DNA of 64,000 nucleotides from an uncultured Acidimicrobiaceae bacterium (GCA_963850095.1 CAWKJX010000012.1:291737-355736); one strand, 5' to 3'; shown: positions 8,039-18,590, numbered from the stretch's first letter. Numbers and translations are program-made. The notes: a model not told the origin generated them from the letters alone.

Positions 8039-10072
8039 TCACGAGACGCGCTCGGCGACCTTCGGTGCCCCGTCGACCACGCCGACACCGGACGCCGTGT
8101 CCAGACCGATGTCGAGTGGCGCCTGCTCGAGTCCGGATCGGACCGACTTCATCCGCAGGGCCAGCCGCCGCAGCTGCCGGCTCTGCTCGGCCAGCGTGCC
8201 GTCGGGGTACTTGGCGGCGGAAATGGCACCGAGGCCGAAGAGGACCGGCAGGACGTTGGGCAGCCACGCCAACGACGAGAGGTAGTACTGGATGAGCGCC
8301 GCCGGAAGGACGAAGGCCATGCCGGCGATCAGCGCGGCCGCGTTCGAGCGCACGCCGATGGTGACGAAGATGGCCAGCCAGACCACTCCGGCGAAGGTGG
8401 CGAACTCGCTGGGCTGGAAGGTGGTCTGGGCCAGGGCGAGCAGCCCTCCCCCGATACCGGCGATCAGCGCGGCGAGCGAGCCGGCGATCACCTTCATCTG
8501 CACCACGCTGATGCCCGACGTCCGGGCCCCCGCCTCGCTCCAGCGGGCGGCGTTGAGGGCCAGGCCGGTGGTGGATCGGCGGAAGTTCACGATGAACAGT
8601 GCGATGACGATGAACACGGCCAGACACAGGTAGGTGAACGTGAGATCGGACGTGGCCCAACTGGGCCGGTTGAGGGAGAGCCCGAGGCCCTGGTTCACGA
8701 AGCTCGGCAGGGTGAAGACCAGGTTCTCCATGAGGAGCCCGAACGTGAGCGTCACCAGGGCGACGTAGAGATCGCCGAGCCGAATGCTCAGGAAGCCCAC
8801 GATGGCGCCCATGGCGGCCGCGATCAGCCCACCGACGAGCACGGCCAGCAGGACGGGCCACCCGTAGTGGTTGGCCAGCTGCGCCGTGGTCAGCGCCCCG
8901 ACCCCGGCGAAGGTGATCTGGCAGAGCCAGAGCATGCCGCCCTCGCCGGTGACGATGGTCCACGACAGGAAGATGACGGCATAGGCGAAGGCCTGCGCGA
9001 ACAGGCCCACCCAGTAGCCCGACACGATGGCGGGCAGCGCCCCCACGACAATGATGAGCAGGAGGGGGCCGGCGTACTTGCCGGCGAAGCTCAGCCGGGC
9101 CGTCTCGACCACGCTGGTGGTGGAGCCGGCCAGCCGGCTCTCGCCCTGCGGTGTGATGGCGCGGTCCAGCGCCCCGCCCCAGCCGTCGGCTGCGCCGACC
9201 CGTTCGCGGCCGAAGAGGCTGTAGATCAGGAAGAGCGCCACGACGATGAAGGGCACGGCGTCGATGACCTCGGTGGTCCACACGCTGTCGGACGGCAGGT
9301 AGCGCTGGATGAGCGACGTGGCGACGCCCATCAGCAGCCCCACGACGACGGCGACCGGCAGGTTGCGCAGCTTGGCCGCCACCACGGCGGCGAACGACGC
9401 CGCGATCAGCAACGTGAAGTTGCCGGGGTCGAGCCCGATGATGGGTGCGGCCAGCACGCCGCACAGTCCGGCGAAGAGCGTGCTGACGGCCCAGACCCCG
9501 ATGGAGATGGCGGTCGGGTTCGTCCCCGACAGGTCGGTCATGGCGGGCGAGTCGACCATGGCCCGCACCTTGAGACCGACCTCGGTGTAGCGCAGGACGA
9601 CGGCACCCAGCACCACCGTGGCCACCACGCACGCGTACACAATGATTTGGTCGAGCGTGACCGGCACGCCGAGGAACTGGTAGACGTGCACCGGCTCCGG
9701 CGCCAGCCCCGGCGCCTGGTCGATGGCGGCGTTGCCGAAGATCAGCACGGCGACGGAGGGGATGGCCACCAGCAGGCCGATCGTCGCCACCACCTTGATC
9801 AGGGGCGACGACAGGCGCAGGTGGCGGAACAGGACGGCGTAGAGGAACACCCCGAGCGCGGGCGACGCGATCAGGATCGACACGACCGCCGACAGGACGA
9901 TGGACCAGTTCTGCTGGGTGTGCAGGTAGTAGTAGAAGCGCGCGATGAAGTACGCGATGGCGCCGAAGGCGAAGTTGAGAATGCCCGAGGACGTGTAGGT
10001 GATGACCAGCCCGGCCGAGGCGATGGCGTAGATGCCCCCCAGCACCAGCCCGGCGATCACGAATTGGAGCAT
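8039..10072 (-). CDS. fused LivH-LivM branched-chain amino acid ABC transporter permease (677 aa)
   Basis: ORF 8039..10072(-), ATG start. The N-terminal half is LivH-like (GGIYAIASAGLVITYTSSGILNFAFGA...) and the C-terminal half is LivM-like (GGMLWLCQITFAGVGALT...). Hydrophobic throughout. Confidence 0.9.
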   Translation of the reverse strand: MLQFVIAGLVLGGIYAIASAGLVITYTSSGILNFAFGAIAYFIARFYYYLHTQQNWSIVLSAVVSILIASPALGVFLYAVLFRHLRLSSPLIKVVATIGLLVAIPSVAVLIFGNAAIDQAPGLAPEPVHVYQFLGVPVTLDQIIVYACVVATVVLGAVVLRYTEVGLKVRAMVDSPAMTDLSGTNPTAISIGVWAVSTLFAGLCGVLAAPIIGLDPGNFTLLIAASFAAVVAAKLRNLPVAVVVGLLMGVATSLIQRYLPSDSVWTTEVIDAVPFIVVALFLIYSLFGRERVGAADGWGGALDRAITPQGESRLAGSTTSVVETARLSFAGKYAGPLLLIIVVGALPAIVSGYWVGLFAQAFAYAVIFLSWTIVTGEGGMLWLCQITFAGVGALTTAQLANHYGWPVLLAVLVGGLIAAAMGAIVGFLSIRLGDLYVALVTLTFGLLMENLVFTLPSFVNQGLGLSLNRPSWATSDLTFTYLCLAVFIVIALFIVNFRRSTTGLALNAARWSEAGARTSGISVVQMKVIAGSLAALIAGIGGGLLALAQTTFQPSEFATFAGVVWLAIFVTIGVRSNAAALIAGMAFVLPAALIQYYLSSLAWLPNVLPVLFGLGAISAAKYPDGTLAEQSRQLRRLALRMKSVRSGLEQAPLDIGLDTASGVGVVDGAPKVAERVS

Positions 10073-10111
10073 CCTGGACGACCCACCCCTTGCCGGTCCG
10101 TTCCCCCGGCA

Positions 10112-10131
10112 TTTCTGACATCGACGTCGAA
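10112..10131 (-). promoter_or_regulatory. GACGTCG box, copy a (candidate operator)
   Basis: In gene orientation: TTCGACGTCGATGTCAGAAA, 39 nt upstream of the permease ATG (10072). One of six aligned copies (see findings). Confidence 0.6.
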
Positions 10132-10258
10132 TCTGATACTAAACCAGGCGCGCTGACCGTGCACGGGCGCCTGCCAGGCTTCTTACCTGGGGTTCCGTCG
10201 AGACGGAGCAGGTCAGGCGGCTACGCCCCGACCCCCACTCATTCCACGGTGTCCGGTC

Positions 10259-11164
10259 CTACTCGGCCCGCACCTTGTCCTTGAGCGCCGGCACAATCGG
10301 CGGCGCCTCCTTCCAATTGGGGATGCCCGAGTCCTCGAGCGCCACCGGGTAGTGGTTCTCGTTGACCTGGGCCCAGTGCGAGTGGTTGAGCTCGTGCAGC
10401 GTGAAGCACGCGTTCAGCGCGTTGTAGAAGCCCATGTTGTCGACGCTCTGGTTCACCGACTCCTTTATCAGCAGCGACGTCATGGTCGGCAGCTGGGCGA
10501 TGCGGCGGGCGAACTCGACGGTGCGGTCGGTCAACTGGTCATCGGGGAACACCTTGGTCACCATGCCGAGCCGGTGGGCCTCGTCGGCGTCGACCGAGTC
10601 GCCGGTCAAGAGGAGCTCCTTGGCCTTGCGCGGCCCGAACTCCCAGGGGTGCGCGAAGTACTCGACGCCGCACATGCCCAACCGGGTGCCCACCACGTCG
10701 GCGAACCGCGTGCCCTCGGCGGCGACGATGAGGTCGCAGGCCCACAGCAACATGAGACCGGCCGCGTACACGTCGCCGTGAGCCTGGCCGATCGTGATCT
10801 TGCGGAGATTGCGCCACCGGCGTGTGTTCTCGAAGAAGTAGTGCCACTCCTGGAGCATCAGCGACTCGGCGCCCTTGCGCGTGGCGCCGTTGATGGCACG
10901 GGTCGGATGCAGGGTGGGACCGGGCGTCATCTCCTCCCGGGACTCCTTGGAACCGAGGTCGTGGCCGGAGGAGAACATGGGTCCGGTGCCGCCGAGGATC
11001 ACGACCCGCACCTCGTCGTCCGCCTCGGCCGCCAGGAAGGCGTCGTTCAGCTCGACGAGCAGCCCCCGGTGCTGCGCGTTGCGCGAGCTGGGCCGGTTGA
11101 GCATGATGCGCACGATCCGGCCTTCGTCGAGCGTCTCGTAGAGCAGGTACTTGTAGTCAGGCAT
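10259..11164 (-). CDS. enoyl-CoA hydratase/isomerase family (crotonase fold)
   Basis: ORF 10259..11164(-), ATG start. Sequence: MPDYKYLLYETLDEGRIVRIMLNRPSSRNA...VVILGGTGPMFSSGHDL...GDVYAAGLML. Confidence 0.85.
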   Translation of the reverse strand: MPDYKYLLYETLDEGRIVRIMLNRPSSRNAQHRGLLVELNDAFLAAEADDEVRVVILGGTGPMFSSGHDLGSKESREEMTPGPTLHPTRAINGATRKGAESLMLQEWHYFFENTRRWRNLRKITIGQAHGDVYAAGLMLLWACDLIVAAEGTRFADVVGTRLGMCGVEYFAHPWEFGPRKAKELLLTGDSVDADEAHRLGMVTKVFPDDQLTDRTVEFARRIAQLPTMTSLLIKESVNQSVDNMGFYNALNACFTLHELNHSHWAQVNENHYPVALEDSGIPNWKEAPPIVPALKDKVRAE

Positions 11165-11309
11165 GTTCGTTCGGCCTCCTCGTGAGCTTGGCGTGGCGTC
11201 GGCGCGGCGACCCTACAGTGCGGACGAAATCGGTGCCGCATCGCGGGCCCGTGCGCGTGCGCCGAAGAGCGGGCCGGGCCGGGCCGCCGGCCAGCGACCG
11301 CCGTGGTCC

Positions 11310-12512
11310 CTACGAAACGGCGCCGGCGAGCGCCTCGACCTTCATGATGCGGGCCAGGTTGCCGCCCATGATCTGCCGCACGTCCTCTTCGGGCAGGCCC
11401 GCCGGCAGGTGGTCGACGTAGCTGGTCGGCTCGGCCAGGCCCTCGGGGTGCGGGTAGTCCGACCCGAACAGCACGTGGTCGACGCCGACCGTCTCGATGA
11501 GCCGGGTCAGGTCGTCCTCGTGGAACGGGCTGATCCACACGTTGGACTTGAACTGCTCGACCGGGTCGCCGTCGAAGGCATGCGGCATCTGGCGATGGAT
11601 GTGAGCCAGGTGGTCGACGAAAGGAGCCACCCAGTCGCCACCGCTCTCTATGTTGGCCACGCGCAACTCGGGGAACCGGGCGAACACACCGTGGCAGCAG
11701 AAGGCCGACATCGTGTCCTCGACGGCGCGCTTGCCCATGCTCATCATGCGGAACGCGTCCAGCCGGAAGGGCAGCATTTCGCTCGGACCGGTCCAGTCAC
11801 TCTGGTAGCGGGAGTACCCGCTGTCCGACGAATGCATGGAGACGAGGATGTCGGCGTCGACCACCGCCTGCCAGAACGGGTCGAACTCGGGGTAGCCGAA
11901 CGACCGTGAGCCGCGGTAACCCGGGACGGGTGCCGGGCGGACGAGCACGGTCTTGGCGCCGCGCTCGATCACCCACTCCAGTTCCTCGATCGCCTTCTCG
12001 ACGATCGGGAGCGTGATGACCGGCGTGGCGAAGATCCGGTTCTCGTAATTGAAGGTCCACTCCTCGTACATCCACTCGTTCAACGCGTGGATGGCCGCGT
12101 GCGTCAGGTCGGGCTCGTCGCGCAGACGCTCCTCGAGCAGGCTGGCCAGCGTCGGGAACATCAGCGCCCGATCGACACCCAGCTCGTCCATCAGCTCGAG
12201 GCGCGGCGCCGGCGCACTGAAGCCCGGCAGCGCCCGCATCGGCTCGCCGATGATCTCCCGATACGACTTGCCCTCGGGATTGCCGTTGCGGAAGTACTCC
12301 TCCTGTGCGCCCGGCCGGGCCACGACCTCGAAGGTCGGGTTCGGGATGTACTCGCTCACCGTGCCCCGGATCATGATCTTCGTCCGGCCGTGCAGGTCGA
12401 CGTAGTCGATGGCGCCCTTGTAGCGGTCGGGCAGGTGCCGGGTGAACGACTCCTTCGTCTCGTACAGGTGGTTGTCGGCGTCGAAGACGGGAAAGTCGAG
12501 CTTGGTGACCAT
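11310..12512 (-). CDS. amidohydrolase_2 family metal-dependent hydrolase/decarboxylase (400 aa)
   Basis: ORF 11310..12512(-). Sequence: FPVFDADNHLYE...ALMFPTLASLLEERL...GSDYPHPEG. Clear paralogue of 48100..49305. Confidence 0.85.
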   Translation of the reverse strand: MVTKLDFPVFDADNHLYETKESFTRHLPDRYKGAIDYVDLHGRTKIMIRGTVSEYIPNPTFEVVARPGAQEEYFRNGNPEGKSYREIIGEPMRALPGFSAPAPRLELMDELGVDRALMFPTLASLLEERLRDEPDLTHAAIHALNEWMYEEWTFNYENRIFATPVITLPIVEKAIEELEWVIERGAKTVLVRPAPVPGYRGSRSFGYPEFDPFWQAVVDADILVSMHSSDSGYSRYQSDWTGPSEMLPFRLDAFRMMSMGKRAVEDTMSAFCCHGVFARFPELRVANIESGGDWVAPFVDHLAHIHRQMPHAFDGDPVEQFKSNVWISPFHEDDLTRLIETVGVDHVLFGSDYPHPEGLAEPTSYVDHLPAGLPEEDVRQIMGGNLARIMKVEALAGAVS

Positions 12513-12528
12513 GGCTGCAGCCTATTGG

Positions 12529-12548
12529 ATTTTGACTGCGACGTCAAT
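12529..12548 (-). promoter_or_regulatory. GACGTCG box, copy b (candidate operator)
   Basis: In gene orientation: ATTGACGTCGCAGTCAAAAT (TTGAC-N6-GTCAA perfect arms), 16 nt upstream of the amidohydrolase ATG 12512. Confidence 0.6.
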
Positions 12549-12704
12549 ATTAGAATTGAGCCGGCAGCCTGCCCTGGTTCTGCCTCGCATCCGCTTGCCC
12601 CTCCGTCAGGCGGCTCCGCGGCCGGAGACTCGTGAACCCCGGCCGAGGTCTGCCCGAGCGGGCCCTGCTCCCGACCGTGGCCTAGCATGGCCCGAGTGTT
12701 CGAT

Positions 12705-12724
12705 TACGACGTCGATGTCAATAC
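12705..12724 (+). promoter_or_regulatory. GACGTCG box, copy c (candidate operator)
   Basis: TACGACGTCGATGTCAATAC, 27 nt upstream of GTG 12752. It lies in the same divergent gap as copy b. Confidence 0.6.
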
Positions 12725-12751
12725 TCGACCAAGGCGCAGGCCAGGACCACA

Positions 12752-14397
12752 GTGCGACCGCTCCCTGAACTGACGCCGACCAACGAATGGTTCTGGACGT
12801 CGGGAGCCGACGGGGTACTGCGCATCCAGGGGTGCGAGGACTGCGGCCGGCTGGCGCACCCGCCCGTGCCCATCTGCCCCTACTGCCGGAGCCGGACGGC
12901 CAAGCCGACGCCGGTGTCGGGCCGGGGCACCATCGTCGGCTTCACGGTGAACCAGCATCGCTGGCTGCCCGACTTCGATCCGCCCTATGTCATCGCGGTC
13001 GTCGCCTTGGCCGAGGATCCTCACGTCCGCCTGACGACCAACATCGTCGGCTGCGACCCGGCCGAGGTGCGCATCGGCCAGGAGGTCGCCGTCCGCTTCG
13101 AGCACCAGGACGACGTGTGGCTGCCCCTCTTCGAACCCACGGGGGCGATCGACCCGGTCGACCGCGTCGAAGAGCCGGTCCGTCCCCGGCCGCGTCAGCC
13201 GCTCACGGCCGACCGGTTCGAGCACCGGGCCGTCCTGAGCGGCGTCGGGCGCTCGCGCCTCGGCCGGCGCCTCATGATCGACCCCCTCGAGCTGGCGGTC
13301 GATGCCAGCCTCAAGGCGGTGGCCGACGCCGGGCTCACGCTCGAGGACATCGACGGCCTGTCCACCTATCCGGGCGGCGTCGGCGCCGGAATGACCGAGG
13401 GTGGGATCACCGCGCATCGAGGAAGCGCTGCGCCTCCACCCCACCTGGCACAACGGCGGCATGGATCTCCCCGGTCCGGGTGGGTCGATCGTCGCCGCCG
13501 CCATGGCCATCGCCGCCGGGCTGTGCCGCCACGTCCTGTGCTTCCGCACCGTCTGGGAGTCGACGTACGCCACGCTGGTGGCGCAGGGCGCCATCGGCGG
13601 CCACCGCGGCGCCAGCCGGGTGTCGGGACCGATGCAGGAGTGGCGCGCCCCGTTCGGCGCCCTGTCGGCCGGCAACTGGATCGGCATGAATGCCAACCAG
13701 TACCTCCATCGCTACGGCGCACCGCGCGAAATGCTCGGCCTCATCGCCCTCAATGCGCGCACGAACGCCGGACGGAACCCCGAAGCGATCTACCGCGAAC
13801 CCTTGACGATGGACGACTACCTCTCGGCGCGCCCCATCACCTCGCCGTTCGGCCTCTACGACTGCGACGTCCCCTGTGACGCCTCCATCGCGGTGATCGT
13901 CTCCGACGCGTCGGTGGCCGCCGACCTGCCCCACCCGGCCGTGCGCATCGAGGCCGTCGGCACCCAGATCCTCGAGCGGGTCTCGTGGGACCAGGGGACG
14001 CTCACGCACGAGCCGCAGGTCATCGGTCAGGCGGCGCATCTGTGGACGCGGACGGACCTGGGACCCGACGACGTCGACGTGGCCCTGATCTACGACGGCT
14101 TCACCTTCAACGCCATCTCCTGGCTCGAAGGGCCTCGGGTTCTGCGGGTTCGGCGAGGCCTACGACTGGCTCGAGGGCGGGCGCCGCATCGCCCTCGACG
14201 GCCAACTGCCCGTCAACCCGCACGGCGGCCAGCTCTCGGAAGGCCGGACGCACGGGTTCGGCTTCGTCTACGAAGCGGTGCAGCAGCTGCGCCACGAGGC
14301 GGGCGCCCGGCAGGTCACCGATGCCGCGACAGCCGTGGTCACGAGCGGTGGTGGCACGCCTTCGGGCGTGCTGCTCCTGCAGAGGGACGAGGCGTGA
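12752..14397 (+). pseudogene. DUF35 (Zn-ribbon/OB-fold)-thiolase-like (SCP-x/Ltp type) fusion, reading frame broken twice
   Basis: Three consecutive frames are needed. ORF 12752.. gives the CEDCGRLAHPPVPICPYCRS Zn ribbon, the OB fold, then LSGVGRSRLGRR..STYPGGVGAGMTEGGIT. After a +1 shift near 13412-13415, ORF 13401.. gives IEEALRLHPTWHNGG...LYDCDVPCDASIAVIV...FTFNAISWLEG. After a +1 shift at the GGGCC run 14130-14134, my own translation gives LGFCGFGEAYDWLEGGRRIALDGQLPVNPHGGQLSEGRTHGFGFVYEAVQQLRHEAG...LLLQRDEA-TGA at 14395-14397. Confidence 0.75.
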
Positions 14398-14455
14398 CGG
14401 CGGCGGCCACCGACAGACGTGTCCACCCGGGCACGGGACGGCCAACGGTACATTG

Positions 14456-15205
14456 ATGGCACCCGCGGCCAAGGATCCAGCGAAGGAGGGACGCGTGTCG
14501 ACGACGCGATCGCTGACCAACGGCGGCGACAAGCCGAGCGGACCCCGGTCCCGCAAGGGGGTCGAGACGCGGGCCCGGCTGGTGGCCGCGGCCAAGGAGG
14601 TCTTCGAACAGGACGGCTTCCTCGACGCCCGCATCTCGGACATCGCGGAGCGTGCCGGCCTTTCGCACGGCTCCTTCTACCACTACTTCGACTCGAAGGA
14701 AGAGGTGTTCCGCGAGGTGGCGCTCGAAGTGGACGAGTCGCTCACCGCGCCCATGAACGTGATCGTGGACCCGACGTCGTCCGCCACGCCCTACGAGCGC
14801 ATCCACGAGGCCATGCGGCTCCATCTGGAGAGCTACCGCAAGGAGGCGCGCATCATGGGCGTCATTGAGCAGGTGTCCCGTTTCGACTCCGAGGTGGGTT
14901 CGGCGCGGTTCGAGCGTCACCGCGAATACAACTCGTGGGTCACGAATTCCATCAGGAGCCTGCAGCGGCACGGCCAGATCGACGAGCGCCTCGACCCCGT
15001 CATTGCCGCGGCCGCCCTGGGGTCGATGACCTACCGCTTCCCTGAAATGTGGTTCGTGCAGGGGATGATCGACGTCGACTTCGACGATGTCGTCGACCAG
15101 CTGACACTTCTCTTCGTGCGGGCACTCGGTCTCCCCGAACCCCCCGAGGAGGTCTTGCCGCGCCTGGCCGCCACCAACGAAGCCGCCGGGCGCCCCTCGG
15201 CCTGA
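14456..15205 (+). CDS. TetR/AcrR family transcriptional regulator
   Basis: In frame with ORF 13985..15205, ATG at 14456. HTH region: RARLVAAAKEVFEQDGFLDARISDIAERAGLSHGSFYHYFDSKEEVF. Confidence 0.85.
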   Translation: MAPAAKDPAKEGRVSTTRSLTNGGDKPSGPRSRKGVETRARLVAAAKEVFEQDGFLDARISDIAERAGLSHGSFYHYFDSKEEVFREVALEVDESLTAPMNVIVDPTSSATPYERIHEAMRLHLESYRKEARIMGVIEQVSRFDSEVGSARFERHREYNSWVTNSIRSLQRHGQIDERLDPVIAAAALGSMTYRFPEMWFVQGMIDVDFDDVVDQLTLLFVRALGLPEPPEEVLPRLAATNEAAGRPSA

Positions 15206-15248
15206 CCCAGGCCCGGCACGGGGCCGGCCGAACGAGAGCTTCAGCCCA

Positions 15249-16109
15249 TCAGCCCAACGTCTCGGCCTGCCACTCCAACAGTTGCGGTGCCAGCAGGGGC
15301 CAGCGTGCGAACAGCCCCTCGTCCCGGGCCTCCTGGCGCTCGATCCACTCCCGGTCCCCCCAGGGCGGCTCGACCAGCCGGGCCCGCGGCAGCATGGCGG
15401 CCAGCGTCTCGGAGGTCGCCCGGGTGTGGTGCGGATCGCTCTCGCCGCTGCGGAACACCAGGGCAGGCAGGTCCATGGCGCGGGCGTCGGCGTCGGGCAG
15501 CCCGGGAATGTGCTCCCCGTCGCGTGGGCAGTAGGCCACCATCCAGCGCTCCATGGTGGCGATGAACTCGGCCCGGTCCTGGTCGAGGAAGCGCTGGCGG
15601 TTCGAGGGGTTCCGCTCGACGACCTCGGCCCACTCGGGCAGGGCGGCGACCGCCGCCATGCCGTCGCGCCAGGCCTCGGCCAGGGAGCCCCCGCAGTAGT
15701 GGGTGGCCAGCGACAGCAGGCCGTAGACGCCCCCGCTGATCCACCAGACCGCCACGCCGGCCGCCGCCTCGGGATGACGCGATGCCGCCAGCAGCGACAC
15801 CCGGGCCCCGCCGGATCCCCCCGAAATCACGGCCGGCGTCATGTCCAGGTGCTCGAGCAGCGCCACCAGCGCGTCCGCCTGCATGGCCGACTCCGACGAT
15901 CCCTCGAAGCACACGTCGGACTCGCCGCAGTTCGGCCGGTCCCAAATCAGCACCCGGTGACTCTGGGCCGCCAGCGTCTCGGCCAGCTGGCGCACCCCGG
16001 GCGACTCCTTGGTGAAGCGCCCACCCGGCGTGATCGACCACGGCCGACCCGCGCCGTCGCCGATCACCTCGTAGCCGAGCGTGAGTCCGTTCACCTTGGC
16101 TGTCGCCAT
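15249..16109 (-). CDS. alpha/beta hydrolase
   Basis: In frame with ORF 15249..16235(-). The ATG at 16109 is preceded by GGGAGGGAGGA. Sequence: MATAKVNGLTLGYEVIGDG..., nucleophile elbow ISGGSGGA. Confidence 0.8.
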   Translation of the reverse strand: MATAKVNGLTLGYEVIGDGAGRPWSITPGGRFTKESPGVRQLAETLAAQSHRVLIWDRPNCGESDVCFEGSSESAMQADALVALLEHLDMTPAVISGGSGGARVSLLAASRHPEAAAGVAVWWISGGVYGLLSLATHYCGGSLAEAWRDGMAAVAALPEWAEVVERNPSNRQRFLDQDRAEFIATMERWMVAYCPRDGEHIPGLPDADARAMDLPALVFRSGESDPHHTRATSETLAAMLPRARLVEPPWGDREWIERQEARDEGLFARWPLLAPQLLEWQAETLG

Positions 16110-16170
16110 GATCCTCCCTCCCGGAACCGGCGCCGGCCGGCACGCCGGCGCACGCGACGTGCCGCGACCG

Positions 16171-17460
16171 CTACCCGCCCGCTCGGCCCCGTGGGACGTC
16201 ACGGAACGGCACGTCCTTGTCCATCCTGCGCTCACGCGGCATGGTCAGCACCCGCTCGCTGATGACGTTGCGCGCCATCTCGGTCGTGCCGCCGCCGATG
16301 CTGCCGACCTGGCGCATGAGGAAGTTGATGCCGCTCATGGCCGTCGAACCCTCGCCCGTCCAGGCCACCGACGAGGTACCGGCCACCTCGAGCGCCAGCG
16401 TCACCGTGCGGGACACGGCCGTGCCCTTGAAGAGGCGGACGAGGGCCGCCGCCTGGTCCGACCGGCGCCCCGCCCGGATGCTCTCGGTGACGCGCGACCC
16501 GAGTGCCTTGCCGACCAGCTCGAGCATCAGGGCCTCCCCGACCTTGTCGCGCACCATGGGGTCACCCATCTGGTCCGTCTCGCGGGCGACGGCGAATACC
16601 GCTCCGGCATCGCTGCCCGTGCCGTGAATGGTGCCGACCGGCTCGGTGACGTAGGGCGACGTGAAGAGCATGCGCTCGTGGAACATCCAGCGCACGCCGA
16701 CCGTCCACCCGTCGTCCACCTCTCCGACACGATCGGAGTCGGGCACGATGACGTCGGTCATGAACTCCTGGCAGAACTCCCGCGAGCCGTTGAGCATCTC
16801 AATGCGGTGAACCTCAATGTTGGGCTGGTGGATCGGCAGCATGAAGACCGTGAGGCCCCGGTGCTTGGGGACGTCCCAGTTGGTGCGGGCCAGACACAGC
16901 CCCCAGTCCGACCACCAGGCTCCGGTCGTCCACACCTTCGAACCGTTCAGGACCCACTGGTCGCCGTCGCGCACGGCGGTGGTCAGCGCCCCGGCCACAT
17001 CGGAGCCGCCGCTCGGCTCCGACAGGAACTGCATCCACAACTCCTCCCCCCGCAACATGGCCGGGAGGTGGCGCAGCTTCTGCTCCTCCGTGCCGTACTC
17101 GAGGATCACGGTCGCGCAGGGCGAGAGCGTGGGCACCTGGAGCCGCGCCGGGTACTCGTAACCGGCCATCTCCTCGTTGAGCACGATCTGGTGCTCGGGG
17201 GTCAGGCCCTGGCCGCCGTAGGCCCGCGGGAAGCAGATACCGGCCAGCCCCGCGTCGAACAGCATCCGCTGGATCTCCCGGTCGCGGGCGATCTCGGCCA
17301 GCTCGAGCTCCTCGCTCATGTGGGCGCGGGCGTAGCGCACCTCCCCGGCCGCCATCTGGCGCAGGTTGGACCGGATGAAGGCCCGGGCCCGGTGACGGAA
17401 CGACTCGAGGTCCTCGACCTCCTCGGTCCCGTCCTCGACCTCACTGCGCAACGCGTTCAC
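16171..17460 (-). CDS. acyl-CoA dehydrogenase (429 aa)
   Basis: ORF 16171..17460(-). The GTG start overlaps the stop of the upstream ACAD (GTGA). Motifs: FLSEPSGGSDVAG, GSKVWTTGA, IGGGTTEMARNVISE (catalytic-Glu region). Confidence 0.85.
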   Translation of the reverse strand: MNALRSEVEDGTEEVEDLESFRHRARAFIRSNLRQMAAGEVRYARAHMSEELELAEIARDREIQRMLFDAGLAGICFPRAYGGQGLTPEHQIVLNEEMAGYEYPARLQVPTLSPCATVILEYGTEEQKLRHLPAMLRGEELWMQFLSEPSGGSDVAGALTTAVRDGDQWVLNGSKVWTTGAWWSDWGLCLARTNWDVPKHRGLTVFMLPIHQPNIEVHRIEMLNGSREFCQEFMTDVIVPDSDRVGEVDDGWTVGVRWMFHERMLFTSPYVTEPVGTIHGTGSDAGAVFAVARETDQMGDPMVRDKVGEALMLELVGKALGSRVTESIRAGRRSDQAAALVRLFKGTAVSRTVTLALEVAGTSSVAWTGEGSTAMSGINFLMRQVGSIGGGTTEMARNVISERVLTMPRERRMDKDVPFRDVPRGRAGG

Positions 17461-18590
17461 GCCGCCACCTCGTCACGTCCGGCCTCGGCGATCGCCGCAA
17501 TCCTCTGGCGGTGGTCCGCCGGCGTGCCCGCCAGCGAGCGGTCGACCGTCAGGCGGCGCAGGAAGAGGTGGAGGTCGTGCTCGAAGGTGATGCCGATGCC
17601 ACCGTGTATCTGGACGCAGTCCTGCAGCAGCTCCGCCCCGTACTCGCCGACATACGCCTTGGCCGCGCTCAGCAGCTCGGCCGCCTCGGGCACCTCGTCC
17701 TGCACGGCGACGCAGGCGGCATCGCTGATGGCGTGCGCCGCCTCGAGCCACATCAGCATGTCGGCGAAGCGGTGCTTCAGCGCCTGGTACGAGGCCAGCG
17801 GTCGCCCGAAGGAGTAGCGGTCGAACGCCCATTCGACCGTCATGTCGAAGCCGGTCTGCATGGCGCCCACGCTCTCCGCGTTGAGCAGGACCGCCGAGAT
17901 CGCCAGCTGGCGGTCCACGTCGGCGGTTCCCTCGCCCGCCGTGCCCACGAGGGCGTCCGTCCCGACCGACGCGCCGTCGAACGTCACCAGGCCGAAGCGG
18001 CGGGTCAGGTCGATCGTCTCCATCGGCGCCACGGCCACGCCGGCCGTGTCCGTCGGCACGAGCAGCTGGGTGACGCCGTCCCCGTCGGCACAGGTCACCA
18101 GCAGGTACGCCGCCTGGCCCGCCGACTCGACCACCCGCGCCTCGCCCCGGAGCACGAACCCGTCCCGGTCGCGCCGGACCTCGACGGTGGGGTCCCAGCC
18201 GACCGGCCCGACGGCGGGACCGCACCAGGTGGCGATGACTTCACCCGAAAGCAGGCCGGCCAGCACGTCGGGGTGCGCCCCGTGCGCGCTCAGCACGGCC
18301 GCCACCACGTTCGTGGCCAGCAGCGGCCCCGGGGCGGCCCGGCGCCCGAACTCGTAGGCCACCAGGCTGAGGTCGACCAGGCCGGCCCCGCTGATGGTGC
18401 CGCCGCCGTGGGCCTCGTCGACCAGCAGCGACGTCCAGCCCAGCTCCGCGCCGCGGCGCCAGTACACCGGGTCGAACCCGGCCGGGTCGTCACGCAGGGC
18501 GCGCACCGTGTCGGCCGGCGCCTGCTCGGCCAGGAAGCGTCCGGTCGTCTCCCGGAAGAACTCCTGGTCGCCCGTCAGCGCAATGAGCAT
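17457..18590 (-). CDS. acyl-CoA dehydrogenase family protein (378 aa), partner subunit
   Basis: In frame with ORF 17457..18632(-). The ATG at 18590 overlaps the upstream amidohydrolase stop (ATGA). Sequence: MLIALTGDQEFFRETTGRFL...FDRYSFGRPLASYQALKHRFADM...VQIHGGIGITFEHDLHLFLRR. Confidence 0.8.
   Translation of the reverse strand: MLIALTGDQEFFRETTGRFLAEQAPADTVRALRDDPAGFDPVYWRRGAELGWTSLLVDEAHGGGTISGAGLVDLSLVAYEFGRRAAPGPLLATNVVAAVLSAHGAHPDVLAGLLSGEVIATWCGPAVGPVGWDPTVEVRRDRDGFVLRGEARVVESAGQAAYLLVTCADGDGVTQLLVPTDTAGVAVAPMETIDLTRRFGLVTFDGASVGTDALVGTAGEGTADVDRQLAISAVLLNAESVGAMQTGFDMTVEWAFDRYSFGRPLASYQALKHRFADMLMWLEAAHAISDAACVAVQDEVPEAAELLSAAKAYVGEYGAELLQDCVQIHGGIGITFEHDLHLFLRRLTVDRSLAGTPADHRQRIAAIAEAGRDEVAA

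Noticed and set aside
6331-8088. Literal 585-aa ORF spanning livG and all of livF. Likewise the 1051-aa ORF 57163..60318 spans permease and ATPase genes.
   Set aside because: ABC-ATPase or permease homology occupies only parts of these ORFs. The rest is nonsense-like sequence overlapping a well-supported gene in another frame. I interpret these as missing stops or frame breaks, not as real giant proteins.
12529-12548. Reading the GACGTCG boxes simply as TTGACG -35 promoter hexamers.
   Set aside because: Only copy b has a TANNNT hexamer (TAGGCT) at a 17-nt spacing. The other five do not. The invariant part (GACGTCG..GT) extends well beyond a -35 element, so an operator or activator site fits better.
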